Assembly: GCA_035289425.1 (NCBI GenBank) | Contig: DATDXC010000032.1 | Coordinates: 22,550 to 86,549 of the forward strand | Source of the DNA: Candidatus Nanoarchaeia archaeon | GTDB taxonomy: Archaea; Nanobdellota; Nanobdellia; Woesearchaeales; DATDXC01 | Direction of reading: 5' to 3' | DNA: 64,000 nucleotides | Part shown: in pieces, positions 31,245-40,774 of the stretch | How the letters are laid out: each line of letters opens with the position of its first letter | Numbering within the stretch: position 1 is the stretch's first letter | The notes under the pieces: generated by a model | The model's input: only the letters and a program-made list of their open reading frames with translations | Database searches by the model: none | What the model was told of the DNA's origin: nothing | Made by a program: the position numbers and the translations under genes

Positions 31245-31456
31245 GCTAATACATTTTTGAGGCGAGTATAAAAATCTTTTGATGATGCCGGCTCTGTCCC
31301 GAATCTCGCTTCGCTCGGGTTAGCAGCTTCAAACCTTATGCATCCATCGTAGAAAACCGACATTCTCCGGATGAGGCAACCCTCTTGTCAGTTCGCTATT
31401 TGATTCGATTAGGTTTGACTTTAGGCTGCTAACCTTCACTTGGGACAAAGATGATT

Positions 31457-33442
31457 CTATCTAAAAAACCTTAAGATTGCTTTTAGAATGTCATTAAAGA
31501 ATATCTGGATTCTTTGGCCGGCTGATACTTTGTTGAGCGTAATGGTTTGTATTTGTTCCACTGCATACGGCCTGTTGTTCTCATCAAAATATGCAGCCTT
31601 GATTGACAGTTGATTGATGCCGATGCTCAGATCCCTGCCTTGCAGTGTTATCTCAAAGCTCTTGTCAGTATTCAACTGGTCCAGTGTCCAGGTCTTGGTA
31701 AGGCCTTCCTCATCAATGGTTATGGTAACATCATTAGGTGAGGATACCGATTCTTTCCTCAGGATAAATGAAAGAGTGTATTCATCATCAAACTCTACTG
31801 AGTCGGGGAGGCTGACATTCGAAATGACAATCGTTGGCAAATCTGACACATCAACCCGGATGAATTGGGAGGCTAACTTCTCCTCTCCATATACCTCTGC
31901 AAGCAGGTCTTGCTCACCTATTTTTATAGGAGTAAATTCAAAGGCCAGCTCTGATTGCTGGCCGATACCCAGCGTTGCCTTTTGGCAATCTTTTTCTATG
32001 CACACATCGATATCCTTAAGCAGAGAATTTCCAGAATTTCTCATACTGCAGGTAATCACAGCCTGCTCATTCTGATATAAAGAAGAGGGCGACACTTCAC
32101 ATACCATCGCTACATTCGTGGCTGCTGTCGGTTCTTCCTTATCTTCCCGAGCATCCTGCAATGCCTGAATCTCGGACAATGTGTAAAAATAGTCTTTTTG
32201 TGATGACGTGAAGGACGCAATAGTGGATGAATTATCTGCGGAATAGATAACAACCGGGAAGGTATAGAGGTAGTTTTTCTGGAGATTGTCATCCACCTTT
32301 ACGATCCAGAAGATTTTCTTGTCTTCATGAGGCTTAAGCATCACCTGCTGCCGCTCTTCACCAATGATGGAAAGCTCAGGAGGTTTTGACAGGTAGAGCT
32401 CATCAGCAACATAATAAGGCTGGAGATTCCTGACTATTGCCTCTATGAGATTATAGGAACCAAAGGCGATTTTTGTCTTGATAGGTTCCACAATCACCTC
32501 TTGGTTTTTAGGAAGAGTGCCTGAATATTCCTTTACTAAAACATCAAATTTCAATGGGTACGTCAGAATATCCATATCTTTGCCCAGCCATTGGTATCGG
32601 GTAGAGGCCTCTTCTGCATCCATCCCTTCCTTAAGCTTAATGTGGGTTGGATCAATGTATGCAAATTGCCCGTACGTAACATCATAGGGAATCCAGCCAT
32701 AGCCAGGAAAGTATACCTCTGCCCATCCATGCGCTCCCCAATTCTCTGAGAAAAGCTTTGATTCAGTGTAGGCAACTCCTGAAACAAATTTGGCGGGAAT
32801 CCCCAATGCCCGATTCAGGGCTATGAACAAGTTAGTAAGCTCGTCACAGACGCCTTGTCTTGTCTGCAACACCCATGATGATTTCTGCGTCACTTCTGCA
32901 GTCAAGGTACTGAGGTCATATTTTATGTTGTTCTTGGTCCATTGGGCTAACTTAAACACGACTATATTGAGGTCATCTTCACCCTCTGCCAGGTTGTTTG
33001 CCAAAGCAAATATAGCAGGGTTATCAGAATCTATAGTGGTAGAAGGTTGGGTAAACTTTTCAACTTCGGGAGGTGCTTCAAATGGAAATTTTATTTTTTT
33101 TGAGATTCTGATGGGCTCTCCTGAGAGAGTTATATCTGAATCGAGGCTGAATTCTAATGTGCCTGCATCAGGATCAGCCCAGCTAAACAGCGCATAGGTT
33201 GGGTAGAGAACAGCTTGTGGAGAGGAAGTTTTTGAAGTGATGTGCTGTTGGCGGTATTCTACCGGAACCAAAGTGAGATTAATGGTGAGATCTTTGATGG
33301 TTGCAGCATTGCTTTTTGGCACGAGGTCAAGATGAGAGCTGATCTTCAGAGTAAGGTCCACTGATTCGCTGGTATAAGGCCATGAATCTGCCAGAACGGT
33401 AGGTATGCATAACAACAAGAAGAGCAGGTATACTTTTCTCAT
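31457..33442 (-). CDS. secreted transglutaminase-like cysteine protease domain protein
   Basis: Has a signal peptide and a transglutaminase core with Cys 'GVCDELTNLF', 'HGWAEVYFPGYGW' and 'DVTYG'. Confidence 0.75.
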   Translation of the reverse strand: MRKVYLLFLLLCIPTVLADSWPYTSESVDLTLKISSHLDLVPKSNAATIKDLTINLTLVPVEYRQQHITSKTSSPQAVLYPTYALFSWADPDAGTLEFSLDSDITLSGEPIRISKKIKFPFEAPPEVEKFTQPSTTIDSDNPAIFALANNLAEGEDDLNIVVFKLAQWTKNNIKYDLSTLTAEVTQKSSWVLQTRQGVCDELTNLFIALNRALGIPAKFVSGVAYTESKLFSENWGAHGWAEVYFPGYGWIPYDVTYGQFAYIDPTHIKLKEGMDAEEASTRYQWLGKDMDILTYPLKFDVLVKEYSGTLPKNQEVIVEPIKTKIAFGSYNLIEAIVRNLQPYYVADELYLSKPPELSIIGEERQQVMLKPHEDKKIFWIVKVDDNLQKNYLYTFPVVIYSADNSSTIASFTSSQKDYFYTLSEIQALQDAREDKEEPTAATNVAMVCEVSPSSLYQNEQAVITCSMRNSGNSLLKDIDVCIEKDCQKATLGIGQQSELAFEFTPIKIGEQDLLAEVYGEEKLASQFIRVDVSDLPTIVISNVSLPDSVEFDDEYTLSFILRKESVSSPNDVTITIDEEGLTKTWTLDQLNTDKSFEITLQGRDLSIGINQLSIKAAYFDENNRPYAVEQIQTITLNKVSAGQRIQIFFNDILKAILRFFR

Positions 33443-33491
33443 CGACCATTACTTAGCGAGAGGGTATTTAAAGGTTTGGTTGAAAGAAAAA

Positions 33492-33638
33492 CGCCGCGGC
33501 TGAGATTTGAACTCAGATGTCCAGAGGACACAAGATATCTGCGGTACTGGTAGGTTCATAAGAACTTCTGTTCTTAGCAATCATACGCCTCAGATTGTTA
33601 CTTTGAGTTTGCGCAATACCAGATTATGCGACCGCGGC
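33492..33638 (-). tRNA. tRNA gene with canonical acceptor and T arms but a ~85-nt insertion (intron-containing or disrupted); anticodon unresolved
   Basis: Acceptor GCCGCGG/CCGCGGC with a G discriminator, and T-arm CTGAG-TTCAAAT-CTCAG. The D-arm is CGCA...TGCG. The body is ~147 nt, with a possible variable-arm hairpin TGTCC-TCT-GGACA. No clean anticodon stem could be placed. Confidence 0.5.
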
Positions 33639-34282
33639 ATTTGAGGGTACAAACCCTTGTTTGCGGAATAGCTGGTATTTATTTAAATGTTTCGAGTTTT
33701 TAGGTTGAACTTCTGCTACCCATTTATGGAGCATTGTGTTGCCTGCGACGCAAAGCTTTAGAGAATTTCGGTCAGACCAGATGTAGTTTCTGAAGTTCAT
33801 ATCGGTTAGGAGTTCTGATAGGTCCCTAATCATAGCATGTGACACTGATGCAAATTCAACTTTGGGATACCTATGTGGTTGACCGTTGAGGTTATCAAAC
33901 CGCAAGCACCCATCTGTATCAAAATATCCACGCACAAAGGCGAGTCTCTTTGAGAGACCTGCCTCCTTGATATAGGACGGGATAGTGACGGTATCTGTTT
34001 TTCTTCCTGGTTTAAATCCATATTCTTGAAAGAAGGAAGTTATATCTTTCTTAGATGTCTGTATGCAGTAGCAGCCATTCTTACCCCCACTTCTAAACTT
34101 GGGGACTAGTTTTAATTTGAATATTGACTCGAGTAAAGGCACAATATTTTGGTGGTAATACTCTTTTTCAGTAAGGCTCCCCTCAGCTCTCAGACTATGC
34201 TTCGGCTAGTTTTGTACAGAGTACCATCTCCAACATGAGCACCAATTAATTCTGCAATTTTTGGATTTATTGTTATACTCAT
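33624..34282 (-). pseudogene. LAGLIDADG homing endonuclease (double-motif) disrupted by a frameshift, or a sequencing error
   Basis: An N-terminal fragment runs from the ATG at 34282 to a TGA at ~34190 and carries motif 1 'LIGAHVGDGTL'. A C-terminal ORF at 33624..34142 in the -1 frame carries motif 2 'FVRGYFDTDGCL'. The stop codon TAA lies inside the downstream tRNA, at tRNA positions 13-15. Confidence 0.7.
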
Positions 34283-34413
34283 TTAAAATCACTGATTGTT
34301 ATTCTGATGATGCTATGTAATTGATTTGCTATCAGAAATGGAAAATCAAAATTTGGTTGCTGAGCCATTTTCTAAGTGATTTTAAAGGGAAGTAAATAAA
34401 AATAATCAGATTA

Positions 34414-34433
34414 CCAGGTTATGCGACCGCGGC
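34414..34433 (-). repeat. 20-nt direct repeat of the tRNA 5' end (GCCGCGGTCGCATAAcCTGG), distal copy
   Basis: 19 of 20 nt identical to positions 1-20 of the tRNA at 33619-33638. It is followed by a TTTAAA-type promoter-like element at ~34455-34470. Confidence 0.6.
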
Positions 34434-34479
34434 AATTAGGATAAAAGAGTCTAAAAGGCTTATTTAAAGGTTTCGGGAT

Positions 34480-35349
34480 TTAAATGTCAAATAAAATCCT
34501 CACTACATATCCAACCCCGAAGCTCAGTGCAGCGACACCTAAGCTGATGGCTGCCATCTCAAGAAATCTGTTCCTAAAAGAAAGATCTTTTGCAACGGAA
34601 GTATAATAAGTAAAGAACAATATGATAAGTATCGCAAAGGACATGGTATAGGCAAGCGCCACATACAAGTTGGACAGCAGGAGGAAAGGCAAAATCAATA
34701 TTATGACTGTGGCAATGTAGGCAATACCGGTATATAATGCAGCTTTTCCTGGCTGCTTTGAAGATTTCTCTGATTTGGTCGATAGATATTCTGAAGCGGC
34801 CATAGAAAGTGATGCAGAAATTCCGGTTACCAAGCCTGCCATTGCAATCAGAGTGCCGTTCTGAAGTGCCAGGGTAAATCCAGCCAAAGCTCCGGTAAGC
34901 TCAACCAGCGCATCATTCAGTCCTAAGACAATAGATCCCACATATTCCAAGCGCTCTTCATTGAGGATGCCTATGAGTTCCTGTTCGTGCATATCTTCTT
35001 CCTTCTCAATCTTTGCGGCCAGGGGGATGTACTTGGCCAGGTTTTCATAATTAGCCTGTGCAACTTGTTCCCCACGCTCCATCAGCTTCAATCCGAAGGT
35101 AAGGCCAAGCAGCTTTGATATCAAGACATATTTTGCAATCCGAAATCTATTAGGCGCAACTTCCTCCTTGCTTATGGTTCGCCAGAAATTGTAATGGCCA
35201 AGCTCACAGTCTGCAATACCCTCAAGGATCTTCTTATTATGTTGAGAAGGCATTGTCTTAGCAAGATTCCTGTACACATAATACTCAGTAATCTCATTTC
35301 TCTGAGCAGCGAGGATGTCCCTTCTCGCTTTTTTTGGTATACGGAGCAT
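34480..35349 (-). CDS. VIT1/CCC1 family iron/manganese transporter with N-terminal ferritin-like domain
   Basis: The N-terminus has a rubrerythrin-like 'ELGHYNFW' di-iron motif. The C-terminus is a multi-TM VIT1 domain. Confidence 0.75.
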   Translation of the reverse strand: MLRIPKKARRDILAAQRNEITEYYVYRNLAKTMPSQHNKKILEGIADCELGHYNFWRTISKEEVAPNRFRIAKYVLISKLLGLTFGLKLMERGEQVAQANYENLAKYIPLAAKIEKEEDMHEQELIGILNEERLEYVGSIVLGLNDALVELTGALAGFTLALQNGTLIAMAGLVTGISASLSMAASEYLSTKSEKSSKQPGKAALYTGIAYIATVIILILPFLLLSNLYVALAYTMSFAILIILFFTYYTSVAKDLSFRNRFLEMAAISLGVAALSFGVGYVVRILFDI

Positions 35350-35422
35350 AATTCTTCAATGGAGTTCCTTATTTTTTAACTTTGTGGTTTTTTGGGCTCT
35401 GTAGACTTCTTATAGTTACTTT

Positions 35423-35431
35423 TATAAATAA
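35423..35431 (+). promoter_or_regulatory. TATA-like box upstream of tRNA-Met
   Basis: 'ttttataaata' sits ~-30 relative to the tRNA 5' end. Confidence 0.4.
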
Positions 35432-35455
35432 CATGCCTTTTCTTTTACAGTATAC

Positions 35456-35564
35456 AGCGGGGTAGGGCAGTCAGGAGTGCCCGGGGGGCTCATAACGCTC
35501 ACTGTCGAAGCGGCAGTCGCTGTTCGAAACCCCCAGGTCGGTGGTTCAAATCCACTCCCCGCTA
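35456..35564 (+). tRNA. tRNA-Met (anticodon CAT) with ~34-nt intron at the canonical 37/38 position; initiator-like features
   Basis: Acceptor AGCGGGG/CCCCGCT gives an A1:U72 pair. D-arm is GGGC/GCCC. The anticodon stem is GGGGG/CCCCC, split by an intron at ~35495-35528, with loop CTCATAA. T-arm is GGTGG-TTCAAAT-CCACT. A1:U72 and three G:C pairs in the anticodon stem suggest an initiator. Confidence 0.8.
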
Positions 35565-35633
35565 TTTTCCATTCCAATACTTTTTTATTTTCTTCCGTAA
35601 ATCTTATATACTATCAACCACAGAAATCATGAA

Positions 35634-36527
35634 ATGAGACTTTGGAGCATTTTGCTTTTTGCTGCCCTGTTTATAGCAGCATGCAGCCGGACAGAGTGTT
35701 CTCTTGAAAAGAAGAATTACGAATGTTCTGGTTTCTCTATCAATGAAGTTTTGGTTGATAATGTAACCCTCACTGTTTCTGAGATTCGATATCAAAGTGA
35801 AGGCCTTACTATACAGGGCGTGCTTGCAGAACCAAAACAGGGGGGCAAACGTCCTCTATTATTGTATAACCATGGCGGCAAGACCGGGCTTCAAAGCCTG
35901 GATTGGATCAACATGCTGGCCCAGAATGGATATGTGGTCTTAGCTTCTGAATTTAGGGGGGAGGGCGGTTCTGAAGGAGAAATTGAGGTTGTTTTGGGTG
36001 AAACCACTGATGCTTTGAACTTGCTTGAGTGCGGCAAGCAGCTTGATTCTGTTGATGAGTCCTCTCTTGGTGTCATCGGGTTTAGTCATGGTGGTGGCAT
36101 AACGGTACAGGCTATGGAGTTAAGCGATGATTTCAAAGCAGGCGTTGAATTTTGGGGAGCGACTGACATTAAAAAACGGTTCCAGAATATCAAGGACCAG
36201 ACAGATCCGGTGTATCCCTGGGTAGCTGCAGTCGGGAAGCCGCAGGGAGATATCCAGGATGATCTACTGAAACGGTCTGCCATCTATTGTGTTGACACCA
36301 TAACTGCTCCCCTATTGATATTTCATGGAAAACAAGATAGAGTCATGCCCTATGAGTATGGCGAAGATCTTGCTGCAGCTCTTCGGGCAGCAGGCAGGGA
36401 ATATGAATTCGTAACCTATGACTCAATCGGACATGCTTTTGAAAGGCCGGATGGCAGTATTGATGCTGATATTGAAGCAGATGCTATGCAAAAAACTGTC
36501 GCCTGGTTCGATAAGTATTTAAAATAA
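35634..36527 (+). CDS. secreted alpha/beta hydrolase (peptidase S9 / dienelactone hydrolase-like)
   Basis: Has a lipoprotein-like signal, a 'GFSHGGG' nucleophile elbow, and C-terminal Asp/His motifs. Confidence 0.65.
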   Translation: MRLWSILLFAALFIAACSRTECSLEKKNYECSGFSINEVLVDNVTLTVSEIRYQSEGLTIQGVLAEPKQGGKRPLLLYNHGGKTGLQSLDWINMLAQNGYVVLASEFRGEGGSEGEIEVVLGETTDALNLLECGKQLDSVDESSLGVIGFSHGGGITVQAMELSDDFKAGVEFWGATDIKKRFQNIKDQTDPVYPWVAAVGKPQGDIQDDLLKRSAIYCVDTITAPLLIFHGKQDRVMPYEYGEDLAAALRAAGREYEFVTYDSIGHAFERPDGSIDADIEADAMQKTVAWFDKYLK

Positions 36528-36545
36528 GGAAATATCAAATTTTCT

Positions 36546-37214
36546 ATGTTATGCGGCATTGATGAAGCGGGAAGAGGGCCGGTGATTGGTCCCCTGACTA
36601 TAGCAGGGGTGTTAGTTGATGAAAAAGACCTCCCTAAGCTCAAATCACTCGGTGTCAAGGATTCAAAATTATTGACCAGGCAGCAGAGGGAGGACTTATT
36701 TGAAAAAATTAAGAAAACAGTCAACAAGTACAAAATTATCATAGTGCAGCCTGCTGAGATTGATGATGCCGTCAACTCAGATGAACTGAACCTAAATTGG
36801 CTGGAAGCGCATAAGGCAGCTGAAATCATCAATGCCCTGAAACCGGAAAAAACAATCGTCGACAGCCCTTCAAACAACTGTAATGCCTATCGAAGATATC
36901 TGCTGAATCTGCTCCATGATAAGAAAATTGAATTGATATGCATGCATAAAGCTGATGTGAAGCATGTAGAGGTAGGAGCAGCCTCCATACTCGCCAAAGT
37001 GGTCAGAGACAGGGAGATGGATAAAATACAGCAGCAGTATGGGAATTGCGGGCCTGGCTACCCCTCTAATGAGACCACGCAGGAATTCTTGGCTGAAAAT
37101 TGGGAAAAGTTCCCTGAGATTTTCAGGAAGAGCTGGAGCAGCTACCAGAATCATGTAAAAAAGAAACACCAGAAGCAGCTTGGTGATTTTGAGGAGTATG
37201 CTCAGAAGAAATAA
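36546..37214 (+). CDS. rnhB: ribonuclease HII
   Basis: Has the 'GIDEAGRGPVIGPL' active-site motif. Confidence 0.85.
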   Translation: MLCGIDEAGRGPVIGPLTIAGVLVDEKDLPKLKSLGVKDSKLLTRQQREDLFEKIKKTVNKYKIIIVQPAEIDDAVNSDELNLNWLEAHKAAEIINALKPEKTIVDSPSNNCNAYRRYLLNLLHDKKIELICMHKADVKHVEVGAASILAKVVRDREMDKIQQQYGNCGPGYPSNETTQEFLAENWEKFPEIFRKSWSSYQNHVKKKHQKQLGDFEEYAQKK

Positions 37215-37231
37215 CCGGCTGTCATCCCAAG

Positions 37232-40200
37232 TTGTTAGCCATAAACTTTATAAACAAAATTGGCTCAGAAAGTGGGGAAGCGAATATCACAAGAATAAAT
37301 AAGCTGGTCATGCACGGCTTCAAGAGCTTTGCCAAGCATACCGAACTATTATTTGGACCTACTTTTAATGTAGTCCTTGGCCCGAATGGCAGCGGCAAGA
37401 GCAATGTAATGGATGCGCTCTGCTTTGTCCTGGGCAAGACTTCTGCAAAATCACTGCGAGCCGAAAAGAGTGCTAATCTGATCTATAATGGCGGCAAATC
37501 TAAAACTCCGGCTAAACAAGGAGAAGTCAGCATCTATTTTAACAACACTGATAAGACATTTCCGACTGAGGAAGCAGAGGTCAAAATTTCACGGATAGTC
37601 CGGCAGAATGGCCAGAGTATCTACAAGATCAACGACCAAACCAGAACCAGGGAACAGGTTTTGGATTTGCTAAACATCTCCAAAATCGACCCTGATGGAT
37701 ACAACATAATCCTGCAGGGCGATATTGTCCGGTTTGTTGAAATGCCGCCTATTGACCGAAGGCTGATGATAGAAGACATTGCAGGCATATCCATCTATGA
37801 GGACAAGAAGCATAAAGCATTGCTGGAAATGGAGAAGGTCGAGAAAAAACTGAACGATGCAGAGATTGTGCTTTCAGAACGAAAGACCTATCTCCAAGGC
37901 CTGGAGAAAGACAGGGATCAAGCATTGAAATTCAAAAACATGAATGAGAAAATAAGTATGTATAAGGCAAGCCTGCTTAAGATGCATATCGGAAAGAAAG
38001 AAAACGAGAAAAAAGACCTGGCAGATAAGCTTTTACATGCCCAGGATGAATTCCGGAAGATTACGGAAAAAATCCAAAAACTGAGAGCAGACAGCGACCA
38101 GAGGAAGAAGGAAGTAGAATCTCTCATCAAGGAGATTGAAGAAAAGGGTGAAGTTGAGCAGGTCAACCTCAACAAAGAAGTTGAGGCGCTTAAGATTGAA
38201 CTTACCCGCAAGAATTACCGTCTTGAGACAATTACCAATGAGATTACCAAGATTGGCAAGCGAAAAGATGAACTTACCAAGGCACTGAAGGATGTGCATC
38301 AAAGAATTGGCGAGATTTCTGAGGAGAAGGAAAAGCTAAGCAAGCGGCAATCTGGATCTGAAAAGGAACAGCAGGCATTGGGACAGAAAATAGCTGCATT
38401 CAGAAAAAAGAACAATATGGACAATATATCCGATATTGACAAGCAGGTTGAAGACATTGACAAGAGAGGAGAGGAACTGCAGAAAGATATACATACGCTG
38501 AGGGAGCAGCAGCATGCTGCTATTCGGGAAAATGATGCGCTGCAGCATCAGATCAGCACCATAGAATCCCAAATCCAGAAAGTAGCAGAAGTGGAGAAAG
38601 AGCATCAGAAAGAGGTTGCAGAACTTAAAAGAAAACGGGAACAATTTAAGAAAGCAACCTTAGAATTAAACAAACGGCTGAATGATGATTCTTTATTTGC
38701 AGCAAGGATTGGCGCAGAGCAGGAGCGGATTGCGAAGCTGCGGGAGCAGCTGATTGCGCTTGAGGCAAGGGATGCGACCATCAAAGAAGCGTCTTTAGGG
38801 GATATTGCAGTCAAAAAGATATTGTCCTTGAACAAAGCAGGCATCTATGGCACTGTTGCAGAACTTGGAAATGTCAATGCAAAATATGCCCTGGCTCTGG
38901 AGATAGCAGCAGGATCAAGGATAAAGAGCATTGTGGTTGAGAATGACCAGATTGCCGCAGACTGCATCAAATACCTTAAGCAGAATAAGCTGGGGATAGC
39001 CACCTTCCTGCCATTATCCAAGATAAAACCAAATGTGGATGCTTCTGCCAAAGAACTAAAAGATGCTCATGGGTGCCTCGGCATGGCGCTTGACCTGGTG
39101 GAATATGATACAAAATTCAAGAAGGTATTTGAGTATGTGTTCTCCAATACATTGGTTGTCGAGACCATTGATGTTGCCAGAAGGATAGGTATTGGGAAGG
39201 CAAAGATGGTCACCCTTGAGGGTGATGTGGCAGAACTAAGCGGCGTCATGCAGGGCGGCTTCAGGGAAAAAAAGAGGAAAGGGCTGGGGTTCAAGGAAAA
39301 AGAGCTCAGCAAGGATATTAATCAGTATAGGGAACAGATGGCCCAGCTGGAAGAGGGCGTCTCTCAGATGCAAAAAGAGCGCAAGGACAACGAAGAACGG
39401 ATTACTGCACTGCGCCAAGAGAAAGGAAGCCTGGAAGGCGAAATCATCAAGACAGAGAAAAGTCTGCATCTGGAGCCCACTGATTTAGACTTATCAAAGA
39501 ACCAAAAGGAAGAGCTCATCAAGAAACAAAAAGAGATTGAAGGACAAACTAATGAACTCATCACGCACATCTCAAAACTGAATAAGGAATTAGCCCAATT
39601 GAAGACAGACAAGCAAAAGCTGCGGTTCCAGATTGTTCAATTAAGAGATCCAGGACTGTTAGCTGAGATAAGCACCTTTGAAGAGAAACTCCGCAAGATA
39701 TCAGAAGAGAGGATACAGGCGAACGCTGATATCAAGAACATTGAAGCTCAGGTCATCACCATCCATAAGCCTGAAGAGCTGCGCGTCCATGAGATACTGA
39801 GAGAGATAACGAAGGAAGAAGCAGAATTCAATAAGGAACGGGCAGAGCTGGGCAGCTATATCCAAACCAGACAAAAATTGCTGAATGAGAAAGAAGAACA
39901 AGCCAAGATATTCTATTCCAAGTTCAAGGCGTTGTTTGCCCAGCAAGGAAAGCTCAATGAGGAAATCCAGAAAAATGAAAGTGGAATCAATCAACATAAG
40001 GATACCAGCACTCAAATTGAAATTAAGACCAATACACTTACGCTGAAGATAAGCGAGGCACAAGAGGTTCTTGGAGCTTTACAGCAGGAGTTCCAGCAGT
40101 ATGAAGGTGTTGCGCTTGATATGGAGAAAAACGAGGATCAGCTCAAATATGAGATCAGCAAGTTCGAAAAGCTGAAGCAGGAAATCGGCTTTGTCAACAT

Positions 40201-40774
40201 GCGCTCATTAGAGATCTATGATGAAGTTGAGAAAGAGTATAATGGGCTGCTTGAGAAGAAAGAGACGCTTACTGTCGAACGTGCAGATGTAGTTAAGCTC
40301 ATGGAAGAGATCGAGGGAAAGAAGAAAGAACTGTTCCTGAGGCATTTTGAGATCATCAATGAGCATTTCAAGCGGGCGTTTGTGGCATTATCCTCCAAAG
40401 GAGACGCATTCCTGGAACTGGAAGACCCTGACAGTATCTTCGAAGCAGGCGTCAGAATCAAAGTTAAGATAACAGGCACGAAGTTCCTTGATATACGCAG
40501 CCTGAGCGGCGGCGAGAAGACAATGACTGCGTTAGCTTTTATCTTTGCTATACAAGAACATGAGCCGGCAACATTCTATATCCTTGATGAAGTTGATGCT
40601 GCGTTAGACAAACACAATTCAGAGAAATTTGCCAAATTGATTGCCAAATATTCAGAAAAAGCCCAGTACCTCATAATCTCCCATAATGACGGCGTCATAT
40701 CCCAGGCAGAAAACCTCTATGGGATTTCAATGAATGAGCATGGAATCAGTAATGTAGTCAGTTTGAAGATTTGA
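37232..40774 (+). CDS. smc: chromosome segregation protein SMC
   Basis: Walker A 'GPNGSGKSN' at the N-terminus, long coiled coils, a hinge, and a C-terminal signature motif 'LSGGEKT' with Walker B 'ILDEVDAALD'. Confidence 0.9.
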   Translation: MLAINFINKIGSESGEANITRINKLVMHGFKSFAKHTELLFGPTFNVVLGPNGSGKSNVMDALCFVLGKTSAKSLRAEKSANLIYNGGKSKTPAKQGEVSIYFNNTDKTFPTEEAEVKISRIVRQNGQSIYKINDQTRTREQVLDLLNISKIDPDGYNIILQGDIVRFVEMPPIDRRLMIEDIAGISIYEDKKHKALLEMEKVEKKLNDAEIVLSERKTYLQGLEKDRDQALKFKNMNEKISMYKASLLKMHIGKKENEKKDLADKLLHAQDEFRKITEKIQKLRADSDQRKKEVESLIKEIEEKGEVEQVNLNKEVEALKIELTRKNYRLETITNEITKIGKRKDELTKALKDVHQRIGEISEEKEKLSKRQSGSEKEQQALGQKIAAFRKKNNMDNISDIDKQVEDIDKRGEELQKDIHTLREQQHAAIRENDALQHQISTIESQIQKVAEVEKEHQKEVAELKRKREQFKKATLELNKRLNDDSLFAARIGAEQERIAKLREQLIALEARDATIKEASLGDIAVKKILSLNKAGIYGTVAELGNVNAKYALALEIAAGSRIKSIVVENDQIAADCIKYLKQNKLGIATFLPLSKIKPNVDASAKELKDAHGCLGMALDLVEYDTKFKKVFEYVFSNTLVVETIDVARRIGIGKAKMVTLEGDVAELSGVMQGGFREKKRKGLGFKEKELSKDINQYREQMAQLEEGVSQMQKERKDNEERITALRQEKGSLEGEIIKTEKSLHLEPTDLDLSKNQKEELIKKQKEIEGQTNELITHISKLNKELAQLKTDKQKLRFQIVQLRDPGLLAEISTFEEKLRKISEERIQANADIKNIEAQVITIHKPEELRVHEILREITKEEAEFNKERAELGSYIQTRQKLLNEKEEQAKIFYSKFKALFAQQGKLNEEIQKNESGINQHKDTSTQIEIKTNTLTLKISEAQEVLGALQQEFQQYEGVALDMEKNEDQLKYEISKFEKLKQEIGFVNMRSLEIYDEVEKEYNGLLEKKETLTVERADVVKLMEEIEGKKKELFLRHFEIINEHFKRAFVALSSKGDAFLELEDPDSIFEAGVRIKVKITGTKFLDIRSLSGGEKTMTALAFIFAIQEHEPATFYILDEVDAALDKHNSEKFAKLIAKYSEKAQYLIISHNDGVISQAENLYGISMNEHGISNVVSLKI

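Noticed and set aside
31281-31456. A C/D-box sRNA call based on 'TGATGATG' near 31290.
   Set aside because: No properly spaced D box (CUGA) or C'/D' pair could be identified on either strand.
33492-33638. Assigning the intron-laden tRNA as tRNA-Leu(CAA) or another class-II tRNA. Support for this would be a CTCAAAG loop and a TGTCC-TCT-GGACA variable-arm-like hairpin.
   Set aside because: No complementary 3' anticodon-stem strand could be found for any candidate loop. The identity is left unresolved.
33830-34021. A 63-aa ORF inside the homing-endonuclease region.
   Set aside because: It is an alternative frame within the LAGLIDADG C-terminal ORF.
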